Part shown: piece after piece, positions 30,228-41,963 of the stretch
Layout: each line of letters starts with the position of its first letter
Numbering within the stretch: the first letter of the stretch is position 1
From: Aestuariibacter sp.
Lineage (GTDB): Bacteria > Pseudomonadota > Gammaproteobacteria > Enterobacterales > Alteromonadaceae
Direction: 5' to 3'
DNA: 64,000 nt
NCBI GenBank assembly: GCA_017794925.1
Contig: CP051238.1
Coordinates: forward strand, 4,120,185-4,184,184
Made by a program: the position numbers and the translations under genes
The notes under the pieces: model-generated
What the model was told of the DNA's origin: nothing
What the model saw: the letters and a program-made list of their open reading frames with translations, nothing else
The model's database searches: none

Positions 30228-31163
30228 TTAATCTTCGCCGTATCCGAGTGAACGCAGAGCACGTTCATCATCAGCCCAACCAGATTTCACTTTGACCCAA
30301 AGTTCTAAAAATACTTTATTGTCGAACAAACGCTCCATATCCAGTCGAGCCTGTTCGCCGATGGTTTTAAGGTGCTTTCCACCTTTACCAATAACCATGC
30401 GTTTTTGGGTTTCCCGCTCAACCAGAATTAACCCATTTATTCGGTATACGCCGTTTTCCGCTAACTTAAACTGCTCAATTTCAACGGTAGTGGAATAAGG
30501 CAGTTCATCGCCAGTGAATCGCATTAGCTTTTCGCGAATAATCTCGGCCGCCATGAAGCGACTGGACCGGTCGGTAATATAATCTTCCGGAAAATAAAAT
30601 TCGCTCTCAGGCTGACGTTTACGCACCAGCTCACGCAGCCGATCAACTTGTTTGGTTTGTTTCGCGCTCAGCGGAATGATTTCTTCAAAATCGTGCTTTT
30701 CCTGTAGCACCTGTAAATGTGCAATCAGCTCATCCGGGTTAGACACTTTGTCTTGCTTGTTCACTACAAGAATGCACGGTAATCCTGACTGCTTTACCTT
30801 TGTCAGGACCATATCGTCGTCATTGTTCCAGCGCGTCCCTTCAACAACGAATAAAATCAGACTCACTTCGCCCAGGGAACTCGCAGCGGCACGATTCATC
30901 AATCGGTTAATCGCGCGTTTTTCTTCACTGTGCAGGCCGGGTGTATCAACATATACCGTCTGACAGTCACCGTCGGTATCAATACCCAGAATACGGTGGC
31001 GAGTGGTTTGGGGTTTACGAGAAGTAATACTGACCTTTTGGCCCAGTAATCTATTTAACAAAGTGGACTTGCCTACATTGGGTCTGCCCACAATAGCCAC
31101 TAAGCCACAACGCGTATGGCCTTCAGATGACTCTGGTAATTCAGGCTGTTCAAAATCAGTCAT
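30228..31163 (-). CDS. era: GTPase Era
   Basis: [19 protein letters not shown] domain MVIGKGG. Confidence 0.98.
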   Translation of the reverse strand: MTDFEQPELPESSEGHTRCGLVAIVGRPNVGKSTLLNRLLGQKVSITSRKPQTTRHRILGIDTDGDCQTVYVDTPGLHSEEKRAINRLMNRAAASSLGEVSLILFVVEGTRWNNDDDMVLTKVKQSGLPCILVVNKQDKVSNPDELIAHLQVLQEKHDFEEIIPLSAKQTKQVDRLRELVRKRQPESEFYFPEDYITDRSSRFMAAEIIREKLMRFTGDELPYSTTVEIEQFKLAENGVYRINGLILVERETQKRMVIGKGGKHLKTIGEQARLDMERLFDNKVFLELWVKVKSGWADDERALRSLGYGED

Positions 31164-31839
31164 TCATTAATGTCTCTAATGCCAGTTTAGCGGCTTGTTG
31201 CTCTGCTTTCCTGCGACTGCTACCCACGCCTTCCAATGGTGTGGCCAGATTAGCGACCTGACAATGCACCACAAAAGTTTGCGCGTGATCTTTACCGGTG
31301 ATCTCAACAACTTCGTACAGAGGCAAAGGTAACCTGCGAGATTGCAGAAATTCCTGCAACCGGGTTTTAGCATCTTTAGGATGTTCGTTTGGATCCAGTT
31401 TATTGATGCGACTCTTCCACAGATGTAGCACAACCTCTTCCGTTTGTGCCAGACCGGCTTCAAGATAAATTGCACCAATAATCGCTTCCATTGCATCTGC
31501 GATAATTGAACTGCGGCGATGACCACCGCTTTTTAACTCCCCCGGGCCAAGGTTCATCAGTTCACCCACATCAGACTCTCTGGCCAGTTCTGCCAGTGTG
31601 TCCCCTTTAACAAGGGTAGAACGCATGCGGGTCAACTTACCTTCCGGTACATTTGGAAATTTGTCGTAAAGTTCTCTGGCGATAATCATGCCCAGCACGG
31701 CATCCCCAAGGAACTCCAATCGTTCATTGTGTTGTTTAGCGGCACTTCGGTGTGTCAGAGCTTGTTTTAACAGGCCTGCATCTTTAAATTCATAGCCAAT
31801 TTGGCGCGACAGCTTTGCGTATGGGTTAATCCCTTGCAT
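31156..31839 (-). CDS. rnc: Ribonuclease III
   Basis: [12 protein letters not shown], ds[15 protein letters not shown]. Confidence 0.98.
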   Translation of the reverse strand: MQGINPYAKLSRQIGYEFKDAGLLKQALTHRSAAKQHNERLEFLGDAVLGMIIARELYDKFPNVPEGKLTRMRSTLVKGDTLAELARESDVGELMNLGPGELKSGGHRRSSIIADAMEAIIGAIYLEAGLAQTEEVVLHLWKSRINKLDPNEHPKDAKTRLQEFLQSRRLPLPLYEVVEITGKDHAQTFVVHCQVANLATPLEGVGSSRRKAEQQAAKLALETLMND

Positions 31840-32741
31840 TACTGAATGCCACCTACACGGCTAAAACGCACACCGGATGGGATCCAAGAAGGAACCCAAC
31901 TGCTGGCTGGACGTTCAAATTCAAAACTAATCCAGATTGCCACAGCTTTACCGACCAGGTTTTCGTCTGGTACAAAGCCCCAGAAGCGACTGTCACGGCT
32001 ATTGTCACGGTTATCGCCCAGTACAAAGTATTCACCTTCCGGCACAATCCACTCGTTCATTTTTGTGCCTGGCTGAGTATAAAATTCTCGTGGGCTTGCC
32101 TCGCCAGTGGGATGCTGCAGAATGTCATGAGGAACTTCGCCCAATTGTTCAGTCATGCGCTTTAGTGGCGCAAGATGCTGCACAAATTCACCGCTGCTCA
32201 CAAATTCCTGAGGCATTTCCTTAAAGTCAGCGCACTGACTGCCGGTGTCACAGGCCGGTTTTATGTAAATTTTCTTGTTGCGGTACACGACGGTGTCGCC
32301 TGGTAGACCGACTACTCGCTTAATAAAGTCGACATTGGGATCTTCAGGGTATTTAAATACCACAACATCACCGCGTTCAGGTTCACCGGTTTCAATAAAC
32401 TTGTGGCGGAAAACCGGATCTTTCAATCCATAGGCATATTTTTCAACCAGGATAAAATCGCCGACTAACAGCGTAGGCATCATTGAGCCAGATGGAATCT
32501 GAAATGGCTCATATAAGAACGAACGCAATACCAGTACAAAAGCAATGACCGGGAAGATTTGCTGGGCAGTATCGACTACATAGGGCAGTTTATCATCTGG
32601 CTGGAGCGCAGATTCGCCCAAACCAGACACCGCAACGCCGCGCTCGCGACGTCTGGGACCAAAATAAATAGCGTCCAGTAACCAGATTAATCCTGAACCC
32701 AATGTCAGGATCACCAGCAAAATCGAAAAATAATTAGCCAT
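31839..32741 (-). CDS. lepB: Signal peptidase I
   Basis: EPFQIPSGSMMPTL, FIKRVVGLPGD, GDNRDNSRDSRFWG. Confidence 0.98.
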   Translation of the reverse strand: MANYFSILLVILTLGSGLIWLLDAIYFGPRRRERGVAVSGLGESALQPDDKLPYVVDTAQQIFPVIAFVLVLRSFLYEPFQIPSGSMMPTLLVGDFILVEKYAYGLKDPVFRHKFIETGEPERGDVVVFKYPEDPNVDFIKRVVGLPGDTVVYRNKKIYIKPACDTGSQCADFKEMPQEFVSSGEFVQHLAPLKRMTEQLGEVPHDILQHPTGEASPREFYTQPGTKMNEWIVPEGEYFVLGDNRDNSRDSRFWGFVPDENLVGKAVAIWISFEFERPASSWVPSWIPSGVRFSRVGGIQ

Positions 32742-34537
32742 TACTTAGATACCTTAAGTACTGCAAGGAAGGCATCCTGTGGCAATTCCACGTTCCCTAC
32801 CTGCTTCATCCGTTTTTTACCTTCCTTCTGCTTCTGCAACAGCTTCTTCTTACGGCTCACGTCACCACCGTAACACTTGGCGATAACGTTCTTACGTAAC
32901 TGCTTCACTGTGCTTCGCGCAATTACATGGTTACCAATCGCTGCCTGAATAGCAATGTCAAACATCTGGCGTGGGATTAATTCACGCAGTTTTTCGACCA
33001 ATTCCCGTCCGCGATACGGCGCATTCTCTTTGTGTGTGATCACAGCAAGTGCGTCAACCCGCTCACCGTTAATAAGAATATCCAGTCGCACCATGTCAGA
33101 CACCTGGAATTTCTTAAAGTTGTAATCCAGTGATGCAAAACCGCGGCTGGTAGACTTCAGACGGTCAAAGAAGTCCAGAACCACTTCCGCCATGGGCAAC
33201 TCGTAGGTCACCGCTACTTGCTTGCCGTGATAACTCATATTGGTTTGCACACCGCGCTTCTCGATACATAAGGTAATGACGTTTCCAAGAAACTCCTGTG
33301 GTACCAGAATGTTGGCCTCAACAATAGGCTCACGCATTTCTTCGATGTCATTAACCGCAGGGAGCTTGGACGGGTTGTCTACCTGAACAGTCTCACCATC
33401 GGTTTTCAGTACTTCATAAATTACCGTTGGTGCCGTGGTGATCAGATCCAGGTCGTATTCACGCTCCAGACGCTCCTGAATGATCTCCATGTGCAACATA
33501 CCCAGGAAGCCCACACGGAAACCAAAACCCAGTGCAGCAGAACTTTCTGGCTCGTAGAACAATGATGCATCGTTCAGGCTGAGTTTTGCCAGCGCGTCAC
33601 GGAAATCTTCGTAGTCATCAGAGCTAACCGGGAACAGACCGGCATAGACCTGGGGTTTGACTTTCTTAAAGCCTGGCAGAGGTTTGTCAGCAGGGTCTTT
33701 GGCCAACGTGATAGTATCGCCAACCGGCGCGCCGTGGATTTCTTTAATACCGGCAATGACAAAACCTACTTCGCCGGCTTTCAGTACCTTGCGTTCCAGT
33801 GCTTTAGGGGTGAACACACCGATTTTGTCCACCTGGTGTACCTGACCATTCGACATAATTTTAATTTTGTCTTTAACGCTTAACTCGCCTTCTACGATAC
33901 GTACGAGTGATACAACTCCCTGATAGTTGTCGAACCAGGAATCAACAATCAATGCTTTTAGGGGGGTTTCCAACTCGCCTTCCGGCGGTGGAATTTGCTT
34001 TACGATAACTTCCAGCACGTCTTCGATACCAAGACCGGTTTTAGCTGAACAGCGCACCGCATCAATCGCATCGATACCGACGATATCTTCGATTTCTTCG
34101 GCTACGCGCTCCGGCTCGGCTTGTGGCAGGTCAATTTTGTTCAGGATAGGCACCACTTCCATATCCATATCGATGGCTGTGTAGCAGTTGGCAACGGTTT
34201 GCGCTTCAACGCCCTGCCCGGCATCAACTACCAGCAATGCGCCCTCACAGGCGGCTAGCGAACGAGACACTTCATAACTGAAGTCCACGTGTCCGGGCGT
34301 ATCGATAAAGTTCAGTTGATAGGTTTCGCCGTCGCGGGCTTTATAATCCAGCGTTACGCTTTGCGCTTTAATGGTAATTCCCCGTTCTCGCTCCAGATCC
34401 ATTGAATCCAGTACCTGAGCAGCCATTTCGCGATCCGACAAGCCGCCACAATGTTGAATAAGGCGATCTGACAACGTGGATTTTCCGTGGTCGATATGGG
34501 CAATTATCGAGAAGTTTCTGATGTGCTTATGTTGCAT
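32741..34537 (-). CDS. lepA: Elongation factor 4 (LepA)
   Basis: [29 protein letters not shown]. Confidence 0.98.
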   Translation of the reverse strand: MQHKHIRNFSIIAHIDHGKSTLSDRLIQHCGGLSDREMAAQVLDSMDLERERGITIKAQSVTLDYKARDGETYQLNFIDTPGHVDFSYEVSRSLAACEGALLVVDAGQGVEAQTVANCYTAIDMDMEVVPILNKIDLPQAEPERVAEEIEDIVGIDAIDAVRCSAKTGLGIEDVLEVIVKQIPPPEGELETPLKALIVDSWFDNYQGVVSLVRIVEGELSVKDKIKIMSNGQVHQVDKIGVFTPKALERKVLKAGEVGFVIAGIKEIHGAPVGDTITLAKDPADKPLPGFKKVKPQVYAGLFPVSSDDYEDFRDALAKLSLNDASLFYEPESSAALGFGFRVGFLGMLHMEIIQERLEREYDLDLITTAPTVIYEVLKTDGETVQVDNPSKLPAVNDIEEMREPIVEANILVPQEFLGNVITLCIEKRGVQTNMSYHGKQVAVTYELPMAEVVLDFFDRLKSTSRGFASLDYNFKKFQVSDMVRLDILINGERVDALAVITHKENAPYRGRELVEKLRELIPRQMFDIAIQAAIGNHVIARSTVKQLRKNVIAKCYGGDVSRKKKLLQKQKEGKKRMKQVGNVELPQDAFLAVLKVSK

Positions 34538-34733
34538 AATGCTTGGAAATTACCTGCAAAAAATTAATGAAATGCCTGAACTGTCGCCATTATTACGCTG
34601 GCTGAACAAGGCGGCGCGACGCCTTGCCTTATTGAATCAGACACGTATTCAAGGCTGCGGATTTTACCTATTTATTGAGCTAAAAGCGAATGAACTAGGC
34701 AACAAAACGTGATATTGACCAGCAGAAGGCGGT

Positions 34734-35189
34734 TTACGATTGTACCTCAACGTCTACATGGCTGATTTTATTTACAATCACTGGCTCATAACGCCCATTT
34801 CTTTGACGTTGTAAACGAGACGATACCCACTGAAACGTCAACCAGGTTAACCCTGCTGATAAGGCAAAAACGATTAACTCATGCAGACTTGAAAATTCGG
34901 CAAAGAGGACAGCACTGCCAATTAAAACCAACAATGGCACCACATACATCATCCAGGACGCAGACAACAGATGAGCTTCCGGAATCCCCAGGGTAACCTT
35001 ATCACCGGGTTTCAAGGGTATTGGTGAGACCAGTTCAAAGGTCTGCTGCTTAGGCGAGAAGGCTTTTGCGACAGCGCTGGTACCGCAGTCTTCGGCGGCC
35101 TGACAACTGCCGCAGGCCGTTTTAACCGATGCACTCACCGTGACCCTATCCCCCCTAACAGCCACAACAGTGGCGGTTTCCGTGATCAC
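34734..35189 (-). CDS. rseC: RseC/MucC (SoxR reducing system) protein
   Basis: ETATVV, CGSCQAAEDCG, C-terminal TMs; operon position. Confidence 0.92.
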   Translation of the reverse strand: MITETATVVAVRGDRVTVSASVKTACGSCQAAEDCGTSAVAKAFSPKQQTFELVSPIPLKPGDKVTLGIPEAHLLSASWMMYVVPLLVLIGSAVLFAEFSSLHELIVFALSAGLTWLTFQWVSSRLQRQRNGRYEPVIVNKISHVDVEVQS

Positions 35190-36262
35190 CCGTTGGCTCC
35201 GGATGCTCTGATCGAATGGGCAACTTCATACGCTGTCTTTGGTGGAATCTTGCCGATCACGGTGATTTGCACCTGACCATTAGTCAGCGACAAAAAGGTG
35301 TTGGTAGAATTGCGTAATAATACATCGGAATCCAGTGATTCCTGTGCAGGTTGTACATACACAGAGACATCAACCAACCCATCACTGAATAATTTGTACT
35401 CTACCACCTGCCCGGTTAAAGCAAGACGACGTGTTTCGCGTTTCACTTCCTGCATACCCAAGGGTAAAAAGCCCACATCCCATTCATGACGACGGGATTG
35501 CGGTGTCATGGCAACCGCCATTGGCAGGGCTTCCGGGTTGATCCTGTTAAAATACTCTGGCGGTGTTTCGGATAAATTCACACCGGTTACCTGAACCTGT
35601 TCAAGTAACGCCCCTTGTAAGTCCACCATATTGAGTTTTAACAGCATACCGGTTTCTTCATCCAGCCATAGCTGATAGTTGTAGCGATTATTATCGCGAC
35701 TAACAATGCGTATTTGCTGGGCAGCACGGCCTGAAACGCGAGTACGGCCTATGGTGATGAACTGGTACCCTTCCGTAAGCTCAGTAGGGTTGTAAAGCAA
35801 ATCGCTGGGAACGGGACCTGCGATCGCCGTCGCGTAGATACTGTATGGCTGGACATCAGGTTCAAACACACTGACTACGTTGTCCATTCGGATCATTTCC
35901 TGTCCGGGGCCATTTTGTAAATTGAGTTGTTCTACCTCTGTACCATCTTCCAATATGGCATGACGCCACAGGTAAGGAATCACTTCCTGTCCAGGCCGGG
36001 TAAGAACAAAAGAAACTTCAAAATTACGGGTACGATTTGCTTCGGCCAACCGCGCTAACCATTCTTCCGGTGAATAAACCGTTGGTACCGATCTTCCTGA
36101 CTCAGCTTGCTGTGCCGATGCCATGTCGGGCTCAGGTGCACCAGCTTGACTTGTTTCAGTTTGTTGTGCAAACAGCGCGGGAGAAAATGCTGCTGCGCCG
36201 ACCAGAAACAACAAACGCACGGTAGAGACCGTGCGTTTGATTCGATAAATCTTTGAAAACAT
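35186..36262 (-). CDS. rseB: RseB/MucB periplasmic negative regulator of sigma-E
   Basis: LNLQNGP, GRTRVSGR, SDGLVDVSVYV, IGKIPPKTA. Confidence 0.93.
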   Translation of the reverse strand: MFSKIYRIKRTVSTVRLLFLVGAAAFSPALFAQQTETSQAGAPEPDMASAQQAESGRSVPTVYSPEEWLARLAEANRTRNFEVSFVLTRPGQEVIPYLWRHAILEDGTEVEQLNLQNGPGQEMIRMDNVVSVFEPDVQPYSIYATAIAGPVPSDLLYNPTELTEGYQFITIGRTRVSGRAAQQIRIVSRDNNRYNYQLWLDEETGMLLKLNMVDLQGALLEQVQVTGVNLSETPPEYFNRINPEALPMAVAMTPQSRRHEWDVGFLPLGMQEVKRETRRLALTGQVVEYKLFSDGLVDVSVYVQPAQESLDSDVLLRNSTNTFLSLTNGQVQITVIGKIPPKTAYEVAHSIRASGANG

Positions 36263-36270
36263 ATAAAAAC

Positions 36271-36855
36271 TTATGGCTGATTAGGATTATCTTCTGCCGT
36301 CTGTCCTGATTGCTCTTCTGCGCGTTTCAATTTTAATTGTTGTTCGTGATCAGCGATCAGCGCATTAATCTGACGGCGCTTTTCAAGCAACGCTTCCATA
36401 TCATTGTTGTTAGGAAGCGTTTGGCTTTGTTCCAAACTCACTGGCGCAAGTCCAGCTTGTGGCGTACCGTTGGTTTGGAAAGTCGTAAACGGCTCGGTCG
36501 GTGCAGGCTGATTCATTTGTTGAACACCCAGTATTACCGCTGCCGCAACAGAGGCTGCTACCGCGAACTGACCTGACTGACGCATGAATGGCACAATCTT
36601 ATTCACACCCGGAATAGATTGCCATTTCGATTTAGGCGCCAGTACAGTGGCTTCATTTTCCAGCGCGGCGGCGACCTGAGCAGTAATGTCAAACTCAGGC
36701 ATTACTGTCGCTTCTTTACGAAGACCACTGCGAATAACGTGATAACTACGCCATTTAGCCTGTAGTTCACTATCGTTTTTCACGCTGTCGATAAACTCAG
36801 CTTCGTTGAGTTCACCGTCCATAAAAGCCGATAATTTTTCGTGTTGCTGCGTCAT
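36271..36855 (-). CDS. rseA: Anti-sigma-E factor RseA
   Basis: EKLSAFMDGE, WRSYHVIRSGLR, single TM FAVAASVAAAVILGV. Confidence 0.93.
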   Translation of the reverse strand: MTQQHEKLSAFMDGELNEAEFIDSVKNDSELQAKWRSYHVIRSGLRKEATVMPEFDITAQVAAALENEATVLAPKSKWQSIPGVNKIVPFMRQSGQFAVAASVAAAVILGVQQMNQPAPTEPFTTFQTNGTPQAGLAPVSLEQSQTLPNNNDMEALLEKRRQINALIADHEQQLKLKRAEEQSGQTAEDNPNQP

Positions 36856-36950
36856 AAAGTACGTTTTCCTGGTGCTACCTAGTTGCTATTCCCACAACCG
36901 GCTACCGTTTCAAATTCTACTGTACATCAAAAGTGGCAAAATGCCTACTT

Positions 36951-37529
36951 TCACGACTCCAGTAATGGTTGAATGACCTTATCAATCGCTTCCCTAGCCC
37001 TGAATATCCGGGAACGAACCGTTCCTACCGGACAAGCCATCACGTTTGCTATTTCTTCGTAGCTAAGCCCTTCTATTTCACGCAGCGTAATCGCCATACG
37101 CAAATCATCGGGCAGTTTTTCCATCGCCCGAAACAAAGTTGCTTCAAGCTCATCTGACAGTAAAGAACGTTCAGGAGATGATTGCTCCTTTAACGCATCA
37201 CTGCCGTCGTAATAGTCAGCTTCTTCGGCATCAACATCATTAGCTGGCGGCTTTCTGCCTTGTGCCACTAAATAATTTTTAGCACTGTTTACCGCTATGC
37301 GATACAACCAGGTGTAAAATGCACTGTCACCCCGAAAGTTGGGCAATGCCCTGTAGGCCTTAATAAATGCATCCTGCGTGACATCCGCCACGTCACCGGT
37401 GTTTTTTACATAGCGCGAAACCAGATGCATAACTTTATGCTGATAGCGCGTTACTAACAGGTTAAACGCATTCTTATCGCCTTGCTGGACGCGTTCAACC
37501 AGTTGTTGATCTGTAATCTGCTCGCTCAT
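36951..37529 (-). CDS. rpoE: RNA polymerase sigma-E (RpoE/AlgU)
   Basis: MSEQITDQQLVERVQQGD, FRGDSAFYTWLYRIAVN, CPVGTVRSRIFRAREAI. Confidence 0.98.
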   Translation of the reverse strand: MSEQITDQQLVERVQQGDKNAFNLLVTRYQHKVMHLVSRYVKNTGDVADVTQDAFIKAYRALPNFRGDSAFYTWLYRIAVNSAKNYLVAQGRKPPANDVDAEEADYYDGSDALKEQSSPERSLLSDELEATLFRAMEKLPDDLRMAITLREIEGLSYEEIANVMACPVGTVRSRIFRAREAIDKVIQPLLES

Positions 37530-37582
37530 TCGAGCTATTTCTCCTACCTAACTAAACTCAAACAGCTCATGCAAGCAAATGA

Positions 37583-37609
37583 GTAGACTGCGGGGTTTGC
37601 AAAAAGTTC
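37583..37609 (-). promoter_or_regulatory. Sigma-E-dependent autoregulatory promoter of rpoE
   Basis: Minus strand GAACTT(37609-37604)-N16-TCTAC(37587-37583), matching the GAACTT-N16-TCTRA consensus. Confidence 0.75.
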
Positions 37610-37755
37610 GCAAAGTTTGTGATCTTTTTTTCAATCGATGAGTTATTCAGGACGTAATAGATTGAAAAAGCGGCCTGAATCCGCGTTTTCCTTTTACGTT
37701 TGCCCCGACTTTTATTAGACTTGCCGAAAATCACGCATTGTGACCGTAACCGCCC

Positions 37756-39456
37756 ATGAATTCAAATCCATCTTCTTCACAACCGTCATTATCTTCATCT
37801 GACGCAGCTGAGCTTTCACCTGGCTGTGAACACAAATGTGACGTTCTTATTATCGGCTCTGGTGCTGCCGGCCTAAGTCTGGCACTTTCACTTGCCAATT
37901 ATTGCCGAATCATTTTGTTGAGTAAGAGTGATTGTAACGAGGGCTCTACCCGTTATGCCCAAGGCGGAATTGCTGCAGTATTTGATGAGCGCGACTCGAT
38001 TGAATCCCATGTTGAAGATACCTTGGAAGCAGGCGCACATTTATGCGACGAAGATGTTGTTCGCTTTACGGCCCAAAATGCCAAATCGGCCATGGAGTGG
38101 TTGATTGCCCATGGCGTCCCCTTCGATCAGGAAAAATCTGAAGACGGTGAAAACCGCTATCACCTGACCCGTGAAGGTGGACATAGCTTCCGCCGTATTC
38201 TGCACGCTGCCGATGCAACCGGCGAAGCCTTGCAAATTACCCTTAACGAGGCGGTTTCCCAGCACCCGAATATCCATATTTTTGAGCGCTACAACGCCAT
38301 AGATTTAATTAAAAGCAAAGAAAATTCGAACAGTTGCAAGGGTGCATATGTGTGGAACCGTCGTCGCGAGCAGGTAGAGGTTATTCGCAGTCGCTTTGTT
38401 ACTCTGGCAACCGGGGGCGCGAGTAAAGTCTACCAATACACGTCAAACCCTGACGTGGCCAGTGGTGACGGCATTGCTATGGCCTGGCGCGCAGGGTGTC
38501 GGGTTGCCAACATGGAATTTAACCAATTTCATCCGACCTGTTTATTCCACCCACAGGCGCGTAATTTCTTGATAACCGAAGCATTGCGCGGCGAAGGAGC
38601 AAAGTTAGTCAGACCCGACGGGACGCCCTTTATGGAAAAGTTCGACCCAAGAAAAGAACTTGCCCCAAGGGATATTGTTGCACGCGCCATCGATTATGAA
38701 ATGAAACGGCTTGGCGCCGACTGCATGTACCTGGACATTAGTCACAAACCAGCCGATTTCATCGTGAAGCATTTCCCGAATATCTATCGCCGTTGCCGGG
38801 CACTGGGAATCGATATTACCCGTGAGCCTATTCCGGTAGTCCCCGCTGCACATTATAGCTGCGGTGGTGTTATGACTGATCTCAATGCAAAAACCGATCT
38901 GGATAATGTGTACGCCATTGGCGAAGTTGCGTACACCGGTTTACATGGTGCCAACCGAATGGCATCCAACTCACTACTGGAGTGTGTGGTATTTGCACGC
39001 TCAGCAGCTGAACATATCTTGTCCAGACTGGATGAACCTACCAGCAATGAATCCATTGCCCCCTGGGATGAAAGCCAGGTCACAAATTCAGACGAAGAAG
39101 TCATAATTCAGCACAACTGGCACGAGCTACGCCTGTTTATGTGGGACTATGTTGGCATTGTTCGCACTAACAAGCGACTGGAGCGCGCGATGCGTCGTAT
39201 CAAATTATTAGAGCAGGAAATCAGCGAGTATTACTCTAACTTCCGAGTTAGCAATAATCTGCTTGAGCTGCGCAATCTGGTTACCGTCGCCGAACTCATT
39301 GTGCGTTGTGCTATGCAGCGTCAGGAGAGTCGGGGTTTACACTACAATCTTGACTATCCAACACGTGCGGAATCTGCCACTCCCTCGGTACTCGTGCCGT
39401 TGAAGCGGTTAAGCAATCCGGAACCTGGCAATTTAACCGGTGGATTTGACCAATAA
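37756..39456 (+). CDS. nadB: L-aspartate oxidase
   Basis: [44 protein letters not shown]; divergent from rpoE. Confidence 0.97.
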   Translation: MNSNPSSSQPSLSSSDAAELSPGCEHKCDVLIIGSGAAGLSLALSLANYCRIILLSKSDCNEGSTRYAQGGIAAVFDERDSIESHVEDTLEAGAHLCDEDVVRFTAQNAKSAMEWLIAHGVPFDQEKSEDGENRYHLTREGGHSFRRILHAADATGEALQITLNEAVSQHPNIHIFERYNAIDLIKSKENSNSCKGAYVWNRRREQVEVIRSRFVTLATGGASKVYQYTSNPDVASGDGIAMAWRAGCRVANMEFNQFHPTCLFHPQARNFLITEALRGEGAKLVRPDGTPFMEKFDPRKELAPRDIVARAIDYEMKRLGADCMYLDISHKPADFIVKHFPNIYRRCRALGIDITREPIPVVPAAHYSCGGVMTDLNAKTDLDNVYAIGEVAYTGLHGANRMASNSLLECVVFARSAAEHILSRLDEPTSNESIAPWDESQVTNSDEEVIIQHNWHELRLFMWDYVGIVRTNKRLERAMRRIKLLEQEISEYYSNFRVSNNLLELRNLVTVAELIVRCAMQRQESRGLHYNLDYPTRAESATPSVLVPLKRLSNPEPGNLTGGFDQ

Positions 39457-39486
39457 GCCACTGGTGTAGCAGGGACGCGCCGTATT

Positions 39487-40230
39487 ATGGAACAATCCGT
39501 AACTTTTTGGTTGGTGGCCATTACCGGCGTTGTGCTTACCGGTATATCCAAATCCGGGTTTGCCGGCGGCATTGGTATGGCAACAGTACCTGTCTTGTCT
39601 CTGGTTATGTCTCCCGTGCAAGCAGCAGCGATCATGTTGCCACTGCTTGTACTGATGGACGGATTCAGCCTCAAAGCCTGGTGGGGTCATCAGAATAATC
39701 ACTACCTTTGGATACTTATTCCCCCAGCCATTGCCGGTATCGTTACCGGTTACCTGTTGTTTGAATACCTCAATGAAGGGATGCTCAAACTAGTATTGGG
39801 GATAATGTCTCTTCTGTTTGCTGTATGGGGACTAAGTAACGGCATGCAACGCGTTAGATTCGGTTCCCGACTTGCAGGCCGGGTGTTTGGTGCGATCGCA
39901 GGTTTAACCAGCTTCGTCGCCCATGCAGGTGGACCACCGGTCAATATTTACTTGTTGGCCAAGAAATTACCCAAAGAACAGTTCTTGGCCACAGCAGTCA
40001 TATTTTTCGCCGTTATTAATGTAATTAAACTTATTCCCTATGCCCTGCTCAACCAGTTTAATTATGACAATTTGCTTATTGCGGGTTTGCTAATGCCATT
40101 CGGTTGGATAGGCGTTCGACTAGGACTGATAATCCAACGCAAAATAAACGATGCGCTGTTCTATCGTATTATTCTGCTACTACTGCTGGCTATCGGTATT
40201 AAGCTCGTTTCTGACGCCATTGGCTTGTGA
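39487..40230 (+). CDS. Sulfite exporter TauE/SafE family membrane protein
   Basis: GISKSGFAGGIG, SFVAHAGGPP, multiple TMs. Confidence 0.9.
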   Translation: MEQSVTFWLVAITGVVLTGISKSGFAGGIGMATVPVLSLVMSPVQAAAIMLPLLVLMDGFSLKAWWGHQNNHYLWILIPPAIAGIVTGYLLFEYLNEGMLKLVLGIMSLLFAVWGLSNGMQRVRFGSRLAGRVFGAIAGLTSFVAHAGGPPVNIYLLAKKLPKEQFLATAVIFFAVINVIKLIPYALLNQFNYDNLLIAGLLMPFGWIGVRLGLIIQRKINDALFYRIILLLLLAIGIKLVSDAIGL

Positions 40231-40234
40231 TTGC

Positions 40235-41107
40235 TTATTTTTTAGTATCAGTCACTTGACTGTGTAATGTGCCGCAAAGATAGACTGTCTGGTCAGATTG
40301 CGCAGTGTCGTTCACTACGGCAAAACTGTAACTATCTTCTGTTGTTTGCCCTACAATCGCTTTGGCTTTTCCCGGCAAAAACAAAGGGCGTTTAAACTGG
40401 ATATTGATTTGCTGCCCCGTTAAGCAATGTGAATTCTCCATATCCGTAATCACGCGAGCTGCCGTCCACATGCCATGTGCAATCGCACGTTTAAAACCAA
40501 ATATTTTGGCGCTAAGCTGACTCAGATGGATGGGGTTGTAGTCACCAGAGATGCGTGCGTAGCGGCGAATGCCCCGTCCCGTTGCATTGATAGGCGTCAG
40601 TTCACCGCCTTCTTCTGGAAGTGGTATGTCGTCCTCATTCCATTCAGGCAACCCCGTTGCAGAATACTTGGTTCTCGCTAAATAGGTACTCGCGGCAGCA
40701 TAAACTGGCTTACCACGTTGAGATGCGGTAACGAGCACTTCAAAGGCGTAGCCGCGTCGATGCTGAAACACCTGACCAAATCGCACGATAAGTTCACAAG
40801 GAATATCGGCACGACATTGCGTGTACTCAGAAACGCTGTTGCTGATATGAACCAGACCCAGCATAGCAAAAGGACTTTGCGGGCTGGTAATGAGTTTGAG
40901 TTGAAGGGGCAATGAGCGAACCTGCCAATACAGCGGGTGCATCGTGTCCTCATTCCGCCATCCTGTGATGTCACAGTATTTTTTATATCGACGATTGTTA
41001 GGTAACAGATTTTCCCACAACACTGGGGCTCGCTGCAGGCTTTCCACGTCCCCAGCAGAAAAAGAACGGGCTTTTTTAAAAGCCGCTTGAACATACAGTC
41101 CTAACAT
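40235..41107 (-). CDS. MaoC-like (double hot-dog) acyl dehydratase
   Basis: YARISGDYNPIHL...GFKRAIAHGMW hydratase motif; PFAMLGLVHISN. Confidence 0.88.
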   Translation of the reverse strand: MLGLYVQAAFKKARSFSAGDVESLQRAPVLWENLLPNNRRYKKYCDITGWRNEDTMHPLYWQVRSLPLQLKLITSPQSPFAMLGLVHISNSVSEYTQCRADIPCELIVRFGQVFQHRRGYAFEVLVTASQRGKPVYAAASTYLARTKYSATGLPEWNEDDIPLPEEGGELTPINATGRGIRRYARISGDYNPIHLSQLSAKIFGFKRAIAHGMWTAARVITDMENSHCLTGQQINIQFKRPLFLPGKAKAIVGQTTEDSYSFAVVNDTAQSDQTVYLCGTLHSQVTDTKK

Positions 41108-41533
41108 CTAATTCAATCCTTGGCGGTAAATAACACGGGCAAGTCGTCGATAATGCCTGTCGTCGAGTTGATCCGGCCAAACCCACTGAAATCGCCTTTT
41201 GTTGGCATGCTGTTCCTGCAACATGACGAACAACGCAAAAGGTGTCAGTCGCGAGCGATTATCCAGCACCCAATTTTCAGCATCTTTAGCATGGATAGCA
41301 TTGCGTTCTGACCACTTGCCGCCTTCACTCAACGTAACAAAGGTCGTTTTCACGGGAAGCCTCTGATAAGGACGGATGATGGCAGCAAACACGATTGCAC
41401 TCAACAGCCACAGCCAAACAGCATCAGTAGTCAATATAACAAGCAAAACGACAAAACTAAATTGCCCCCACGGCCAAACGTAGCGATACCCGGACGACCT
41501 TATTGCAAAGTTATACTTTAACTCGGTTAACAA
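41108..41533 (-). CDS. YgfX-like membrane protein
   Basis: Two N-terminal TMs and a C-terminal WPDQLDDRHYRRLARV; directly downstream of sdhE. Confidence 0.7.
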   Translation of the reverse strand: MLTELKYNFAIRSSGYRYVWPWGQFSFVVLLVILTTDAVWLWLLSAIVFAAIIRPYQRLPVKTTFVTLSEGGKWSERNAIHAKDAENWVLDNRSRLTPFALFVMLQEQHANKRRFQWVWPDQLDDRHYRRLARVIYRQGLN

Positions 41534-41762
41534 TGGTACTTACCATTTTGGCTAACTCAGGGTCATTGCATTGTTGATGTCCCATAAACCACGCAAAGAG
41601 GTCTGGGTCATCACAGGTAAGCAAACGCTCAAACGTTTCCTGATCATCATCAGAAAGATCGTGAAAAGCCTCTTCTACAAAAGGCTGCAGCAGTACATCC
41701 AGTTCCAGCATGCCGCGTCGGCATGCCCACTTTAAACGTGCATAGCGTTTTTCAGTAAACAT
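41511..41762 (-). CDS. sdhE: Succinate dehydrogenase flavinylation factor SdhE (YgfY)
   Basis: RLKWACRRGMLELD, LLTCDDPDLFAWFM; ATG at 41762. Confidence 0.96.
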   Translation of the reverse strand: MFTEKRYARLKWACRRGMLELDVLLQPFVEEAFHDLSDDDQETFERLLTCDDPDLFAWFMGHQQCNDPELAKMVSTIVNRVKV

Positions 41763-41963
41763 AGTGCGTGTTAATTCCTGTCTTCGTTCAGGCGGCAAAT
41801 ATACCACGGTTGCGTGGGGGTTGATACTGGACGAAAGTCACCGCAGATCAATATGGTACTCTACGGTTCGGCACAGTCCTCAGGCAAATGCTTATATTTT
41901 GCCTTGAAGTTAATAAAATCTCCCCCACTATAGTGGTTCAGTTACTATTTCAGCAGGGTATAC

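Noticed and set aside
34610-34665. Two short hairpins (CAAGGC...GCCTTG; TTGAAT...ATTCAA) between rseC and lepA
   Set aside because: Short stems with no U tract; cannot be distinguished from a weak terminator or chance
37620-37647. TGATCT upstream of nadB as a fourth ECF11 promoter
   Set aside because: The sequence at 16-nt spacing is GTTATT, not YGTA
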